DNA from: Eledone cirrhosa
Lineage: Eukaryota
Length of the DNA: 64,000 bases
Assembly (NCBI GenBank): GCA_964016885.1
Contig: OZ024757.1
Span: 33,914,001 to 33,978,000, forward strand
Direction of reading: 5' to 3'
This document shows, piece after piece, positions 1-13,846 of the stretch. Every line of letters begins with the position of its first letter. Position 1 is the stretch's first letter. Both the position numbers and the translations under genes were made by a program. The notes below the pieces were generated by a model. It did not search any database and had not been told where the DNA came from. It saw only the letters and a program-made list of their open reading frames with translations.

Positions 1-235
1 GGGGTAACCACAGTAAGTAAAGTACTCAATACATAGAGTATAAATATTTAATATAGAAATGGCTTCTACAGGACTAGAACTGTTTTATTGGAAGGAAATC
101 ACCAGGAAAGCCCTGATGACTTCCTTTTAATGAAACAGTTCTAGTCCTGTAGAAGCCGTTTCTATATTAAATATTTATACTCTATGTATTGAGTACCTTA
201 CTTACTGTGGTTACCCCCGATTGAACCCGGGATAA
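1..235. mobile_element. Fold-back (palindromic) non-coding element, HHR family A; Penelope-like/retrozyme-like
   Basis: Bases 1-~105 are the reverse complement of ~112-208 (ggggtaaccacagtaagt... / ...acttactgtggttacccc). The right arm starts at CTGATGA (113-119) with GAAA at 132-135 and a degenerate stem II. A TA run follows. The left arm is cut by the window edge. Confidence 0.75.
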
Positions 236-301
236 ACTTATATATATATTTATATATATATATGCAATATGCAGCATCACAGATAAGATGGTATTCGTGC
301 A

Positions 302-653
302 CATCAAAGGTAATATGTTAAGACATATCATAGGTAAGATGTTAAGACATATCATAGGTAAGATGTTAAGACATATCATAGGTAAGATGTTAAGACATAT
401 CATAGGTAATATGTTAAGACATATCATAGGTAAGATGTTAAGACCTATCATAGGTAATATGTTAAGACATATCATAGGTAAGATGTTAAGACATATCATA
501 GGTAAGATGTTAAGACATATCAAAGGTAATATGTTAAGACATATCATAGGTAAGATGTTAAGACATATCATAGGTAAGATGTTAAGACATATCAAAGGTA
601 ATATGTTAAGACATATCATAGGTAATATGTTAAGACATATCATAGGTAAGATG
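302..653 (+). repeat. 24-bp minisatellite (ggtaagatgttaagacatatcata)n, ~14 copies
   Basis: Direct tandem repeat; it produces the MLRHIIGK artefact ORF. Confidence 0.95.
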
Positions 654-835
654 ATCAATTCTTTTCTGATTTTGTCATTTGATTGGTTCTTGTTTATTAA
701 AATTCCTTAACAGCACATTTAGAACTTGCTACATGGCCACCATCAATTGTAACGACCTTTACCAGCCTTTCTATGTCAGCCTGACCGACGACCTCAATAG
801 GAAATAGTGATTCAAATATATATGTATAAATGTAT

Positions 836-886
<51 letters not shown>

Positions 887-914
887 CAAATAGATAGGTT
901 TATATATATATATA

Positions 915-2115
915 CATACACATTTATTCATATGTATACATACATATACACATTTATTCATATATACACATACATATACATACATATACAAATTTATTCA
1001 TATATATACATACATATACACATTTATTCATATATATACACATACATATACACATTTATTCATATATATACATATACATACATATACACATTTATTCATA
1101 TATATATATATATACATACATATACACATTTATTCATATATATACATACATATACACATTTATTCATATATATATATACATACATATACACATTTATTCA
1201 TATATATACATACATATACATACATATACACATTTATTCATATATATATACATACATATACACATTTATTCATATATATACATACATATACACATTTATT
1301 CATATATATACATACATATACACATTTATTCATATATATACATACATATACATACATATACACATTTATTCATATATATATACATACATATACACATTTA
1401 TTCATATATATATACATACATATACACATTTATTCATATATATACATACATATACACATTTATTCATATATATATACATACATATACACATTTATTCATA
1501 TGTTCTTTGTTATTTATTTATTATATACATACATATACACATTTATTCATATATATACATACATATACACATTTATTCATATATATACATACATATACAT
1601 ACATATACACATTTATTCATATATATATACATATACACATTTATTCATATATATATACATACATATACACATTTATTCATATATATATATATATACATAC
1701 ATATACACATTTATTCATATATATACATACATATACACATTTATTCATATATATATATACATACATATACACATTTATTCATATATATATATACATACAT
1801 ATACACATTTATTCATATATATACATACATATACACATTTATTCATATATATACATACATATACACATTTATTCATATATATACATACATATACATACAT
1901 ATACACATTTATTCATATATATATACATACATATACACATTTATTCATATATATATACATACATATACACATTTATTCATATATATACATGCATATACAC
2001 ATTTATTCATATATATACATACATATACACATTTATTCATATATATACACATACATATACACATTTATTCATATATATATATATACATACATATACACAT
2101 TTATTCATATATTCA
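915..2115 (+). repeat. Compound minisatellite: catttattca core plus variable (TA)n/CATA
   Basis: About 35-40 copies of 'tacacatttattcata' separated by TA runs of variable length. Confidence 0.95.
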
Positions 2116-2689
2116 CACATTCATATATATACATACATATACACACATACATGCACACACACATACATGCATGGATGCATACATACATATTTATAATTGT
2201 ATAAACGAATAGAAATGCGACAAAACAACAAATATAGTAGACAGGATGCTAATCGCCCAGATTAGAAATCGGTGAAATATGCCAACTAGATGAGCTGATT
2301 ATAGATGAAAGACTAAACAGAAAAATGACAAAGAGTTAAAAATTAAAAGAGGGTAATAGGTTGAAAGAGGTTTTCAGTTCTGTTGTCTCATAATCTATTT
2401 GAATTTCTACAATTCCTTTTGAGAAGAATCTGCACTGAAAAATGTTCTTAAATTTTGTGAAGAACAATTGGTTTCTACCTGGTAAATCTTTTGCAGGAAT
2501 TCTTTCAATAATATGTTGGTAGGTGGGGTGGTTGGTGGGGTGGTGGGGTGGTGGTTGGTGGGGTGGTTGGTGGGGTGGTTGGTGGGGTGGTTGGTGGGGT
2601 GGTTGGTTGGGTGGTTGGTGGGGTGGTTGGTGGGGTGGTGGTTGGTGGGGTGGTGGGAGGGATGTGTGTACGGCAGTAGATGGTGTTTG

Positions 2690-3195
2690 ATATAAGGGTG
2701 GCGTGTATAGGGGGGAGGAAGAGAAAGGGATTGATGTCAGGGTAGCGTGTACGGGAGGAGGAGAAGGGGTTGATGTCAGGGTAGCGTGTACGGAAGGAGA
2801 AGGAGGAGAAGGGGTTGATGTAAATGTGGCGTGTATGAGAGGAAAAAGGGTTAATATGAGGGTGGCGTGTACGGGATGAGAAGGGGTTGATTTGAGGGCG
2901 GCGTGTATGGGAGGAGATAGGGTTAATATGAAGGTGGTGTGTGCGGGAGGAGAAAGGAGTTGATTTGCGGGTGGCGTGCACGGGAAGAGAAGGGGTTGAT
3001 ATCAGGGTGGCGTGAACGTGAGCAGAAGGGGTTTGATATGAGGGAGGTGAACAGGGCATAGGAGGAGAGGGGTTTGGCGTGAGGGTGGCGTGTAGGGGAG
3101 AAGCGGAGAGGCTTGATATGAGGAAGGCGTGTAGGGGAGAAGGAGAAGGGTTTGATATGAGGGAGGCGTGTACGGGACCAGGAGGAGGAAGGGGA
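2690..3195 (+). repeat. Degenerate ~36-bp purine-rich minisatellite (gagaaggggttgatatgagggtggcgtgta...)
   Basis: Recurrent 'ggggttgat..agggtggcgtgta' units; preceded by a (GGTGGTT)-like array at 2515-2655. Confidence 0.8.
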
Positions 3196-3699
3196 GAAAG
3201 CAAAGATGAAGAGAAAATACTGTGTATTAGTTTAACACAACAATGACATTTAATATTAGATGATAAATAAATTTCAAAAAAAGGGTTCGAAAATAGAAAC
3301 TGTCTTATTTTATATTGTCTTTTGTAGGGGTTTTTTTTAGGGAGTTCGTAGAGGTTTTTTTTTGGTTTTTTTTTGCGGTTCTTTATATTAGGTATTTAAC
3401 GGAAAGAATGAGACAGTGGAATTTCAAAATTAGTCATTATTAAATTTAAGAAGGAAAAAAATATATATACTTTTTTATCTACTTTTTATTTTATTTTTAA
3501 TTGTTCACCCTTAAAAATAAATAAAAAATAAATAAAGAGAGAGGGAGAGAGAGAGGGGGGAGGGAGGGGGGAGAGAGGGGGGGGGGGGGAGAAACCTTTT
3601 TGTTGCAGTTAGATTTAATTAGTTGGTAACAAGAATGTTAAATATGAAGACTTGTCATAATGAAAGATAACTGAAACTGATGTAATACCTTGTTGTTGT

Positions 3700-4984
3700 T
3701 ACAACTAATACAACTACAACTACTACAACTACAGCTACTACAACAACAGCTACTACAACAACAACTACTACAACAACAACAACCACATCAACAACTACAA
3801 TCACAACATTTTATTTGTTTTTGCAGAAACGACAATAACAACAACAAAACAACAACAACAACATCATAAACAACAACAGCTATAACAACAACAACAACAA
3901 CAGCAGCAACAACGATAACAACATCAACAACAACAGCAGCAGCTACAATAACAACAACAACAGCAATAACAACAACAGCAGCAACAACAATAACAACAAC
4001 AACAGCAACAACAACAACAACAGCAATAACAACAACAATAACAACATCAACAACAACAACAACAGCAGCTACAATAACAACAACAACAGCAATAACAACA
4101 GCTACAACAATAACAACAATAACAACAACAACAACACTAGCAACAGCAACAATAATAACAACAACAACTTCAGAGAAACTATTTTAAGCCGTTTGATGCC
4201 AACCTACCTGAAACCACACCTGGTTTTATGATACTGCACACTTTAAAACATTGATAACACATGCAAGGGCGGGAAATGGACGTTAAACCATGGCGGCGGC
4301 GGCGGTGGTGGTGATGGTGGTGATGATGATGATGGTGGTGGTGGTGGTGATGATGATGATGATGGTGGTGATGGTGATGATGGTGGTGGTGATGGTGGTG
4401 GTGATGGTGGTGGTGGTGATGGTGGTGATAATGGTGGTGGTGATGATGGTGGTGGTGATGATGGTGGTGATGATGGTGGTGATGATGGTGATAATGGTGG
4501 TGGTGATGATGATGGTGGTGATGATGGTGGTGATGGTGATGATGGTGGTGGTGATGATGGTGGTGGTGATGATGGTGGTGGTGATGATGGTGGTGGTGAT
4601 GATGGTGGTGGTGATGATGGTGGTGGTGATGATGGTGGTGGTGATGATGGTGGTGGTGATGATGGTGGTGGTGATGATGGTGGTGGTGATGATGGTGGTG
4701 GTGATGATGGTGGTGGTGATGATGGTGGTGGTGATGATGGTGGTGATGATGGTGGTGGTGGTGATGATGGTGGTGGTGATGGTGGTGGTGGTGGTGATGG
4801 TGATGGTGGTGGTGACGGTGGTGGTGATGATGATGGTGGTGATGATGGTGGTGGTGGTGATGATGGTGGTGGTGATGATGGTGGTGGTGATGATGGTGGT
4901 GGTGATGATGATGGTGGTGGTGATGATGGTGGTGATGATGGTGGTGGTGATGATGATGGTGGTGGTGGTGATGGTTACAATAAC

Positions 4985-5017
<33 letters not shown>

Positions 5018-5035
5018 AATGATAATGATGAACAT
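3700..5035 (+). repeat. Trinucleotide arrays: (CAA/CAG/CTA)n 3700-4168 and (GGT/GAT)n 4290-5035
   Basis: Seen directly; source of the poly-V/M and poly-T/I artefact ORFs. Confidence 0.95.
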
Positions 5036-5122
5036 GATGATAAATTAAAACCTTCCATGATTTTAAAGTAAGAGTCTTTTGTTATGTTTCAAACATCAGC
5101 TTAATAATTCCTGCTGACATTA

Positions 5123-5320
5123 GCATGAAGCCAGCAATTTTGGGGTGGAAAGGAAAAGTCGATTATATTGACAACAGTACTTAACTAGCACTTTATGTTA
5201 TTGACCCTGGTAAAATGAAAGGCAAAGTTGACCTTAGTGTCACTTGAACTCAGAAAGAAGAAAGTCGTAATTAAATGCTGCAAAGCGTTTCGTCTGACAC
5301 TCTACCGATTCTGCCACCCC
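5123..5320 (-). mobile_element. tRNA-derived SINE (degenerate copy)
   Basis: 'atgaaaggcaaagttgacctt..tgaactcagaa' is the reverse complement of the SINE core seen at 12329-12970. Confidence 0.75.
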
Positions 5321-5496
5321 ACTACCCGAAACATCAGCTTCGGAATGAAAATGTTATGCTATATTAAAAAATTCCTTTAAATTCTTCATTATTTTCAAAA
5401 TAATTTAAATACACAGAGGCAGTGTCGTTTATTTAAAATATGGTAACGAAAGGATTAAATTACTAAAAAATAAAACAACAAAAACTCAAGAATCTT

Positions 5497-6069
5497 GTGG
5501 CCGTGTTCACGAGTGATGGAAAGCATGAGGTTGAATTAAGTGCAAGAATTGTAAAAGCCGGTGCAGCAATACGCCAGCTTCAGCATTCTGTAATCAGAAG
5601 GGAAGTAGGCGTAAAAGCCATACTCGCTATCGTCAACTCGGTATTTATGCCAGCCCTTACCTATGGTCATGAATCTTGGGTAATGACCGAAAGAATACGA
5701 TCGCGAATACAAGGGGCCGAAATGGGATTCCTCCGAAGAGTCTTTGGAGTAACGTTACTCGATAAAGTGCGTAGCTCAGAGATCAGAGAGTCACTCCAGG
5801 TAGGGCCGCTACTTCTCCGAATTGAGAGATCACAGCTCCGATACTATGGGCATGTGGTTATATTGTCTCAGGAAAGAATCGCTGGACATATTTTACGGGC
5901 AAAACCAACCGGCAAGAGACCGAGGGGTAGATCTCGAGCAAGATGGGTGGATAACATCCATGAGCTTGGCTGGTCACGCTTGGGGTTCCAGCAGGATCAG
6001 TTGGAGACGGTTGCTTCTGACAGGACCCACTGGAGGGAGTGTTTGAGGACTCTCCCCCCACGACCCTCT

Positions 6070-6100
<31 letters not shown>

Positions 6101-6131
6101 AAGAAGAAGAAGAAGAAGAAGAAGAAGAAGA
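5497..6131 (+). mobile_element. 5'-truncated RTE-clade (Expander/Rex3-like) LINE 3' end with (GAA)n tail
   Basis: ORF 5497-6072 has LTYGHESWVMTERIRSRIQGAEMGFLRR, LLLRIERSQLRYYGHV and KRPRGRSRARW, typical of the post-RT C-terminus of RTE elements. The stop is followed directly by (GAA)n. Confidence 0.9.
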
Positions 6132-6309
6132 ATATAGCTATGAAACATTGCACGTATGGTGCCGTAACACCTGAGGTTGTCGTAGGGACGCTACGTTAAC
6201 ACACACCTTTTCTAAGGCATTTTAAAACCTGGTGGAGTCCATCTCCTCTCCGGGTCTGAATACAGCAGAATGAGAGAATGGAAGTGAGAAAGAGATATAG
6301 AGGGAAAAT

Positions 6310-6468
6310 CTAACCCTCAGTACTTCACTGGTATATTTTTTATCGTCCTCGAAAAGATTAAAGGCAAAGTTGATCTCGGTGGGATTTGAACTCAGAGATC
6401 AGACAGCCAAAACGAATACCGCAAAGCATTTTATCTGATGTTCTAACGGCTCTGCCAATTTGCCGCCT
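6310..6468 (-). mobile_element. tRNA-derived SINE
   Basis: 'aaaggcaaagttgatctcggtgggatttgaactcaga' is the reverse complement of the B-box and core. Confidence 0.8.
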
Positions 6469-6562
6469 TACATTTGACCATTGTCAAGGGGCCAGAGATT
6501 GGGATTGAACCCAGAACCTCATGATTACACAGTGAACTCCTTAACCATTTGCCCATACTACA

Positions 6563-7830
6563 GTGGTGGTGTGGTGTGGCATTCTGTGGTATGGTGGTGT
6601 GGTGTGGTGTTCTGTGGTATGGTGGTGTGGTGTGGCATTCTGTGGTATGGTGGTGTGGTGTGGTGTTCTGTGGTATGGTGGTGTGGTGTGGCGTTCTGTG
6701 GTATGGTGGTGTGGTGTGGTGTTCTGTGGTATGGTGGTGTGGTGTGGCATTCTGTGGTATGGTGGTGTGGTGTGGTGTTCTGTGGTATGGTGGTGTGGTG
6801 TGGCGTTCTGTGGTATGGTGGTGTGGTGTGGTGTTCTGTGGTATGGTGGTGTGGTGTGGCGTTCTGTGGTATGGTGGTGTGGTGTGGTGTTCTGTGGTAT
6901 GGTGGTGTGGTGTGGCATTCTGTGGTATGGTGGTGTGGTGTGGTGTTCTGTGGTATGGTGGTGTGGTGTGGGGTTCTGTGGTATGGTGGTGTGGTGTGGT
7001 GTTCTGTGGTATGGTGGTGTGGTGTGGGGTTCTGTGGTATGGTGGTGTGGTGTGGCGTTCTGTGGTATGGTGGTGTGGTGTTCTGTGGTATGGTGGTGTG
7101 GTGTGGTATTGTGTGGTGTGGTATTCTGTGGTGGTGTGGTGTGGTATTATGTACTGTGGTATTTTGTAGTGGTGTGGTGTGGTATTCTGTGGCGGTGGTG
7201 GTGTGGTGTGGTGTGGTATTATGTGGCGGTGGTGGTGTGGTGTGGTGTGGTATTATGTACTGTGGTATTTTGTAGTGGTGTGGTGTGGTGTGGTATTATG
7301 TGCTGTAGTATTGTGTGGCGGTGTGGTGTGTTGTGGTATTCTGTGGCGGTGGTGGTGTGGTGTGGTATTCTGTGGCGGTGTGGTGTGGTGTGGTATTCTG
7401 TGGCGGTGGTGGTGTGGTGTGGTATTCTGTGGCGGTGGTGGTGTGTGGCGGTGTGGTATTATGTGCTGTGGTATTCTGTGGCGGTGTGATGTGTTGTGGT
7501 ATTCTGTGGCGGTGGTGGTGTGGTGTGGTATTATGTGCTGTGGTATTCTGTGGCGGTGTGGTGTGTTGTGGTATTCTGTGGCGGTGGTGGTGTGGTGTGG
7601 TGTGGTATTATGTGCTGTGGTATTTTGTAGTGGTGTGGTGTGGTATTCTGTGGCGGTGTGGTGTGGTGTGGTGTGGTATTATGTGCTGTGGTATTTTGTA
7701 GTGGTGTGGTGTGGTATTCTGTGGCGGTGGTGGTGTGGTATTCTGTGGCGGTGTGGTGTGGTATTCTGTGGCGGTGTGGTGTGGTGTGGCATAATGTGGT
7801 ATTATGTGGTGTGGTGTGTTGCTGTGGTGT
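6563..7830 (+). repeat. 28-bp minisatellite (gtggtgtggtgtggcattctgtggtatg)n decaying into (TGTGG)n variants
   Basis: Period of 28 measured between 'ttctg' at 6582 and 6610. Confidence 0.95.
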
Positions 7831-7967
7831 TCTGTTGTATGTTGTGTGGCAACAAGAAACGTGTCATTGGTAAAAGATGCAGTGACGGACATTCCAGAAT
7901 GTTCTGCCTGACTCATCAACTACTTGCTTCCTTCTTCCATTGCAATGTTGTCACTGCAATAATATCC

Positions 7968-8202
7968 ACACTTCTACCATTTGCATTGTACACCTACCCC
8001 CACCCCACCCCACCCACACATACCCTCATACACACACACACACACACACACACACATACCCACACACACACTTCTACCATTTGCATTGTACACCTACACC
8101 CACCCCACCCCACCCACACATACCCTCATACACACACATACACACACACACACATCTACCATTTGCATTGTACACCTACCCCCACCCACACACACATACC
8201 CT

Positions 8203-8239
<37 letters not shown>

Positions 8240-8308
8240 CCACACACACACATCTACCATTTGCATTGTACACCCACCCCCACCCCACCCACACACACAT
8301 ACCCTTAT

Positions 8309-8339
<31 letters not shown>

Positions 8340-8860
8340 TACATACCCCCACACACACATCTACCATTTGCATTGTACACCTACCCCCACCCACACACAC
8401 ATACCCTCATACACACACACACACACACATCTACCATTTGCATTGTACACCTACCCCCACCCACCCACACACACATACCCTCATACACACACATACATAC
8501 ATACCCACACACACACATCTACCATTTGCATTGTACACCTACCCCCACCTCACCCACACACACATACCCTCATACACACACATACACACACACACATACA
8601 TACATACATACCCACACATCTACCATTTGCATTGTACACCTACCCCCACTCACACACACATACCCTCATACACACACACACACACACACATACATACCCA
8701 CACACACATCTACCATTTGCATTGTACACCTACCCCTACCCCACCCACACACACACATACCCTCATACATATCCACATACACACATACATACATACCCAC
8801 ATACACACACACACACACACACACATCTACCATTTGCATTCTACACCTACCCACATACCC
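7968..8860 (+). repeat. Minisatellite with constant core ctaccatttgcattgtacacctacccc and variable (CA)n
   Basis: About 11 copies of the core separated by CA-rich runs. Confidence 0.92.
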
Positions 8861-9228
8861 CCCCCCCACACACACATATCCACATGCACACACATACACA
8901 TACAACCATTTGCATGCTACACCCACACACCCACACACGTATCTCCATCACACTTTCATACATGTACACAACACACGCATGCACATAAGTTACGCGTGCG
9001 TGCGTGCGTGTGAACGTACATCACACTCTCATACAAGCACACACATTCGTGCACAGACACACACACGCTCATACTTGCACACATACACACACACACACAC
9101 ACGCATGTACGTACGTGCCTCACACACTCTCACACACACACAGATAAGTATGAACTCATATGTAAACATTAACACATATCCTGACGTACACAATCTCTTG
9201 GAAAGCCCCTCTCTTAAAATATGTCAGA

Positions 9229-9273
<45 letters not shown>

Positions 9274-9417
9274 TGTATATATACACACATATATACATAT
9301 ACATACATATACGTACATATCTCTATATATATATACATATATAATATATGTATATACAGTATATGTAAGTATATATATATATATGTGTGTGTATATATAT
9401 ATAAATGTGTGAGTGTG

Positions 9418-9504
<87 letters not shown>

Positions 9505-9607
9505 ATATATATATATATGTGTGTGTATATATATATAAATGTGTGAGTGTGTATGTGTATATATATATATATGTGTGTATGTATACATATATATATATAT
9601 GTATGTA

Positions 9608-9652
<45 letters not shown>

Positions 9653-9685
9653 ATGTATGTAGGTATATATATATATATGTATGTA

Positions 9686-9716
<31 letters not shown>

Positions 9717-10537
9717 ATATATATGTGTGTGTGTGTATGTATGTATATATATATATATATATGTGTGTATGTATGTATATATATATCCTAATCTGTTTCT
9801 ATATCTACCATTTAATCTCTATTACATATCTTTTACCCACTCCATTCCCTACAAAACAATAAATCTATACACATATACACTTATGCATACACACACATAC
9901 ATAGCCCGGCGTTCACACACACACACACACAGCCCGACGTACATACACACATACAACACATGTCGGTGTGTACATAAGTGTGTGTATGTGCATACATGTA
10001 CGCATACATGAGTTGACACAAAAGTAAATACATACATGTAAGAATTTGCACAAACACACAGACAGACTACATACACACATATACACACAGACACACACAC
10101 ACAGACACATACACACAAGTTATAGCCTCCTCACACATGTGTATACACACGTGCCTACGTACATATATGCAGACACACACACAAACAAACACAGACATAC
10201 ATTCATACATTCTCACACAGACACTTCTTCGCATAATTATAATCACATACACCTACACAGACACATATACACACACACACATACATACACAAACATGTGC
10301 ACACACACACATGCCCTCACAGATACATCAATATATATCGACACATATTTGCTTTCATACACACAGACAACGATACATATATTTTATGTCAGCAAAATAC
10401 AACCAGTCATGCATAAACTACAGACACCATCGGTTTGCACCTAAAAAGGATTGGCAAGGTGTGTTTGTGGAAGACCAGTAGTCACCCATGTAAACCAGTT
10501 TCCCCTCTCCACGTCACCAATGTGGTCCAAACAGAGG

Positions 10538-10838
10538 CATAACTAGGGAAAATAGCACCTACGGTAAGCAGTGAAATTGTGCCTCTGCCCAGCACTGTAT
10601 TTTTACCTGTGGACTTATACAGAACCATAACTAGGGAAAATAGCACCTACGGTAAGCAGTGAAATTGTGCCTCTGCCCAGCACTGTATTTTTACCTGTGG
10701 ACTTATACAGAACCATAACTAGGGAAAATAGCACCTACGGTAAGCAGTGAAATTGTGCCTCTGCCCAGCACTGTATTTTTACCTGTGGACTTATACAGAA
10801 CCATAACTAGGGAAAATAGCGCCTATGGCAAGCAGTGA
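10538..10838 (+). repeat. 88-bp tandem repeat, ~3.4 near-identical copies
   Basis: 'cataactagggaaaatagc' starts at 10538, 10626, 10714 and 10802. Confidence 0.95.
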
Positions 10839-10839
10839 C

Positions 10840-11830
10840 AACCATAAGACAACATGGATACATCCTAGATCAAAGAATTGTCATTACACACAGGCGTGAC
10901 CTAAAAGATTTTAAAATCACTCATTCTTTTCATTCTTCTTGATATCTGTGGAATCATGCACTGCTGTGCAGTAAGGTTTCATTCATTCTTCTACGCCAAA
11001 AAGTTTCTTCAAAAGGTTGATGTAGCTGTTTTGAGATCCATAAATAGGAGGCTGGAACATTCTGCAAAACTTGACTCATCCTTCGACTCTGTCCAGATTT
11101 CTGGTGCTATTGAGGCTTCCTGGAAAGGGCTCAAAGATGCCACCTATGTAGCCTCCGTAAAAGTCTTAGGACTTTCTATGAGAAAACACCTGGACTGGTT
11201 TGATGAAAGCAGCTCAGATGTCCAGAAGCTTATCAGCAAGATACATAACTTAAACAAGCTCTGGATTGGAGATAAAAACTCAATAACTAAAATGAAACTG
11301 TAAGCAACAGACAGTCCTCACTTAGAAAGATAAAGGATGCCTGGAGGGCAGCTAAAGTAGCTTACCTACAAGATGCTGCCGATAAAAAAGATTCATGGGT
11401 CTTTTATAATGGTCTGAAGGCGGTGTATGCTCCAAGAGAGAGCAGGTCAAATCCAGTTCTAGTTTCTAATGGTATAACCCTATACACAGACAAAGCTGAA
11501 ACACTCTTTCGATGGAAGGAACACTTCGAAAAGGTCCTAAATACTGAATCAAACGTTGATGAAGATGAGATATCATCTCTTCCATAAAGGCCGAGAATAC
11601 CCGAATGAGCATTCACCCCAAGCTTGAATGAAGTACAAACCACTATCAAGCAACCGTCATCCAATAAAGCTCCTAGTAAAAATGGCATCCTACCTGAAAT
11701 TTTTAAATATCGTAGTCAAAAACTAGTTTATAAGATTCTTCGGCTATTTCTGGAGTCTGAAAGTTCGCACAAGTCCCGCAAGAACAAAGGTAAAAAATTT
11801 ATCTGCGACAACTCTCGCGACATTTTAAGC
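10840..11830 (+). pseudogene. Degenerate RTE-clade LINE fragment (end of APE endonuclease to start of RT)
   Basis: WIHPRSK motif at ~10855. WKGLKDATY..LGLSMRKHLDWFDES in the 10956 ORF. FYNGLKAVY and RWKEHFE at 11400-11530. KAPSKNGILPEIFKY in the 11624 ORF. Multiple stops and frameshifts. Confidence 0.85.
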
Positions 11831-11924
11831 CTGGCGGAGCTCATCCCTCTCCAGGACTGAACACAGCAGATTTCTTCGATGGAAAGGGAGAGAGAGAAAC
11901 GAAGTGAGAGAGATACATAGAGGA

Positions 11925-12078
11925 AGAATCGACTCCAGTACGAGACTGGTACATTTTTTATCAATCGCGAGAGGATGAAAGGCAAAGTAGACTTCGGCGA
12001 GATTCAAATTCAGAGAGCAAAGAGTCGAAACAAATACCGCAAAGTGTTCTATCCGACGTTCTAACGACTCTGCCAACT
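11925..12078 (-). mobile_element. tRNA-derived SINE
   Basis: 'ggatgaaaggcaaagtagacttcggcgagattcaaattcaga' is the reverse complement of the core. Confidence 0.75.
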
Positions 12079-12292
12079 AATCGCTCAATTTATTGATTTA
12101 ATCACATATAAAATGTCTTACTCCTCGTATCAACAATGTCTGACACCTGCGACTAAAAAGCCTTCAGGCAATAAACAACATCAATTTTCACACTGATTCA
12201 TCGACTGTTTAGAATAGATTTAATTAATTATTTTTTTGTTTACTATTGTACATAATTTACTACCAGTCAATACTTCGTGTTCGTTAGTTTTA

Positions 12293-12327
<35 letters not shown>

Positions 12328-12328
12328 G

Positions 12329-12970
12329 AGCGGTGGGTTGACAGTATCGGTAGAGATTCGGACGCCATGCTGTGCAGCATAGAGTTACGGCCCTTTACGA
12401 TCTGAGTTCAAATCCCGCCGAGGTTAATTTTGCCTTTCATCCTTACGGGGTCGATAAAATAAAGTACCTGTAATGTACTGGGTAATTGATGGCCTTGTGC
12501 CAAAAGTAGAAATAATTATTATTATTATTGAGCGGTGGGTTGACAGTATCGGTAGAGCGTCAGACACCATGCTTTGCGGTATAGAGTTAAGTCTCTTTAC
12601 GTTCTGAGTTCAAATCCCGCCGAGGTTAGTTTTGCTTTTCATCCTTACAGGGTCGATAAAATAAAGTACCAGTAATGCACTGGGGGTCGATCTAATCGAC
12701 TTTCCCTTCCTTCAAAATTGTTGGCCTTGTGACTAAATCAGAAATCACTATTGGGTGATGGATTGGCAGTATCGGTAGAGCGTCAGACAATATGCTTTGC
12801 GGTATATAGTTATGTCCCTTTACGTTCTGAGTTCAAATCCCGCCGAGGTTAACTTTGCCTTTCATCCTTACGAAGTCGATAAAATAAACTACCAGTAATG
12901 CACTGGGGTCGATTTAATCGACTCCCACTCTACCTCAAAATTGCTGGCCTTGTGACTAAAGTAGAAACAA
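12329..12970 (+). mobile_element. Three head-to-tail copies of a tRNA-derived SINE (central domain resembling Meta/MESC)
   Basis: Each copy (~12329, ~12529, ~12753) has an A-box-like 5' end, B-box GAGTTCAAATCCC, core gcctttcatccttacggggtcgataaaataaagtacc and tail ggccttgtg..aaagtagaaa followed by (ATT)n. Confidence 0.9.
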
Positions 12971-13731
12971 TTATTATTATTTCTATTATTATTTTTATCG
13001 TGCACCATTATTGCTTTACCGAGCACAGCTCTGTGTGTCTTGGGTATGAGCAGTGCAGTTTTTGCTGATGTTGTTTCTATTGTATTGATAGTACTTTCCG
13101 TAATATGTGTGCAGTGCCTAGCAGTCATATCTTTTGTATGCTGTATACATTTGAAGGTCCTGTGGTTATGGATATGTATTTGTCTGTGTGTTTTTTTTTT
13201 ATCATTCCTAGAGCACCATAATTATAATTATTATAGGTTTTTAAAGATTTATTGCGTTCGTAATATATTCTACAGATGCCCAAACTGAATTAATTTGCGA
13301 CTAAGCTGAGTTCTTTTGGTTACACAAAAAAGCCTGTGGCATGAATTTGAATAACAAATCGATTGAAGGAAGGGAACTGAATTGAGTGCCACATAACATA
13401 ACCACTAAGCCACACACCTTCACGATTCACACACACACACACACACACATGCATACATACACACATATGTTATATCTTTTATAATAAAACCCAAGATCAT
13501 GTGATAACCACTTTGTGATAGGTTTGTTTGGGAAGTAATAATTTGATAATACATGTGCTGGGATATCGTCCCCCTTACCTCTCTTTCTAATATACTCACT
13601 GTTGACAAGACATATCCGCTCTCTCGTCAGTGCTATGGCAACAGCTATATATACCCATCAGCTTAGCATATATGGAAGTCAGAAGATAGATAGATAGAGA
13701 GACAGATAGACAGATAGATAAATGGTTAGAT

Positions 13732-13771
<40 letters not shown>

Positions 13772-13846
13772 GGAAAGACAGACAGACAGACAGACAGAGA
13801 GAGAGAGAGAGATACATAAATAGGTAAATAGATAGAGAGATAGAGA

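Noticed and set aside
2340-2520. Short open frames in a unique island (minus strand HIIERIPAKDLPGRNQLFF...)
   Set aside because: No recognisable protein family and no convincing splice-site pair.
7845-7995. Possible Cys-rich (EGF-like) exon remnant; similar at 34854-34960
   Set aside because: In-frame stops or frameshifts are needed to obtain the pattern; not supportable without homology or RNA data.
7968-8860. CRISPR-like look (constant ~27-bp repeat with variable spacers); similar at 915-2115 and 19490-20460
   Set aside because: The spacers are just (CA)n/(TA)n length variants, there are no cas genes, and the context is eukaryotic.
12329-12970. tRNA genes suggested by the B-box GTTCAAATCCC
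   Set aside because: No full cloverleaf; the motif is the head of a multi-copy SINE with body and tail.
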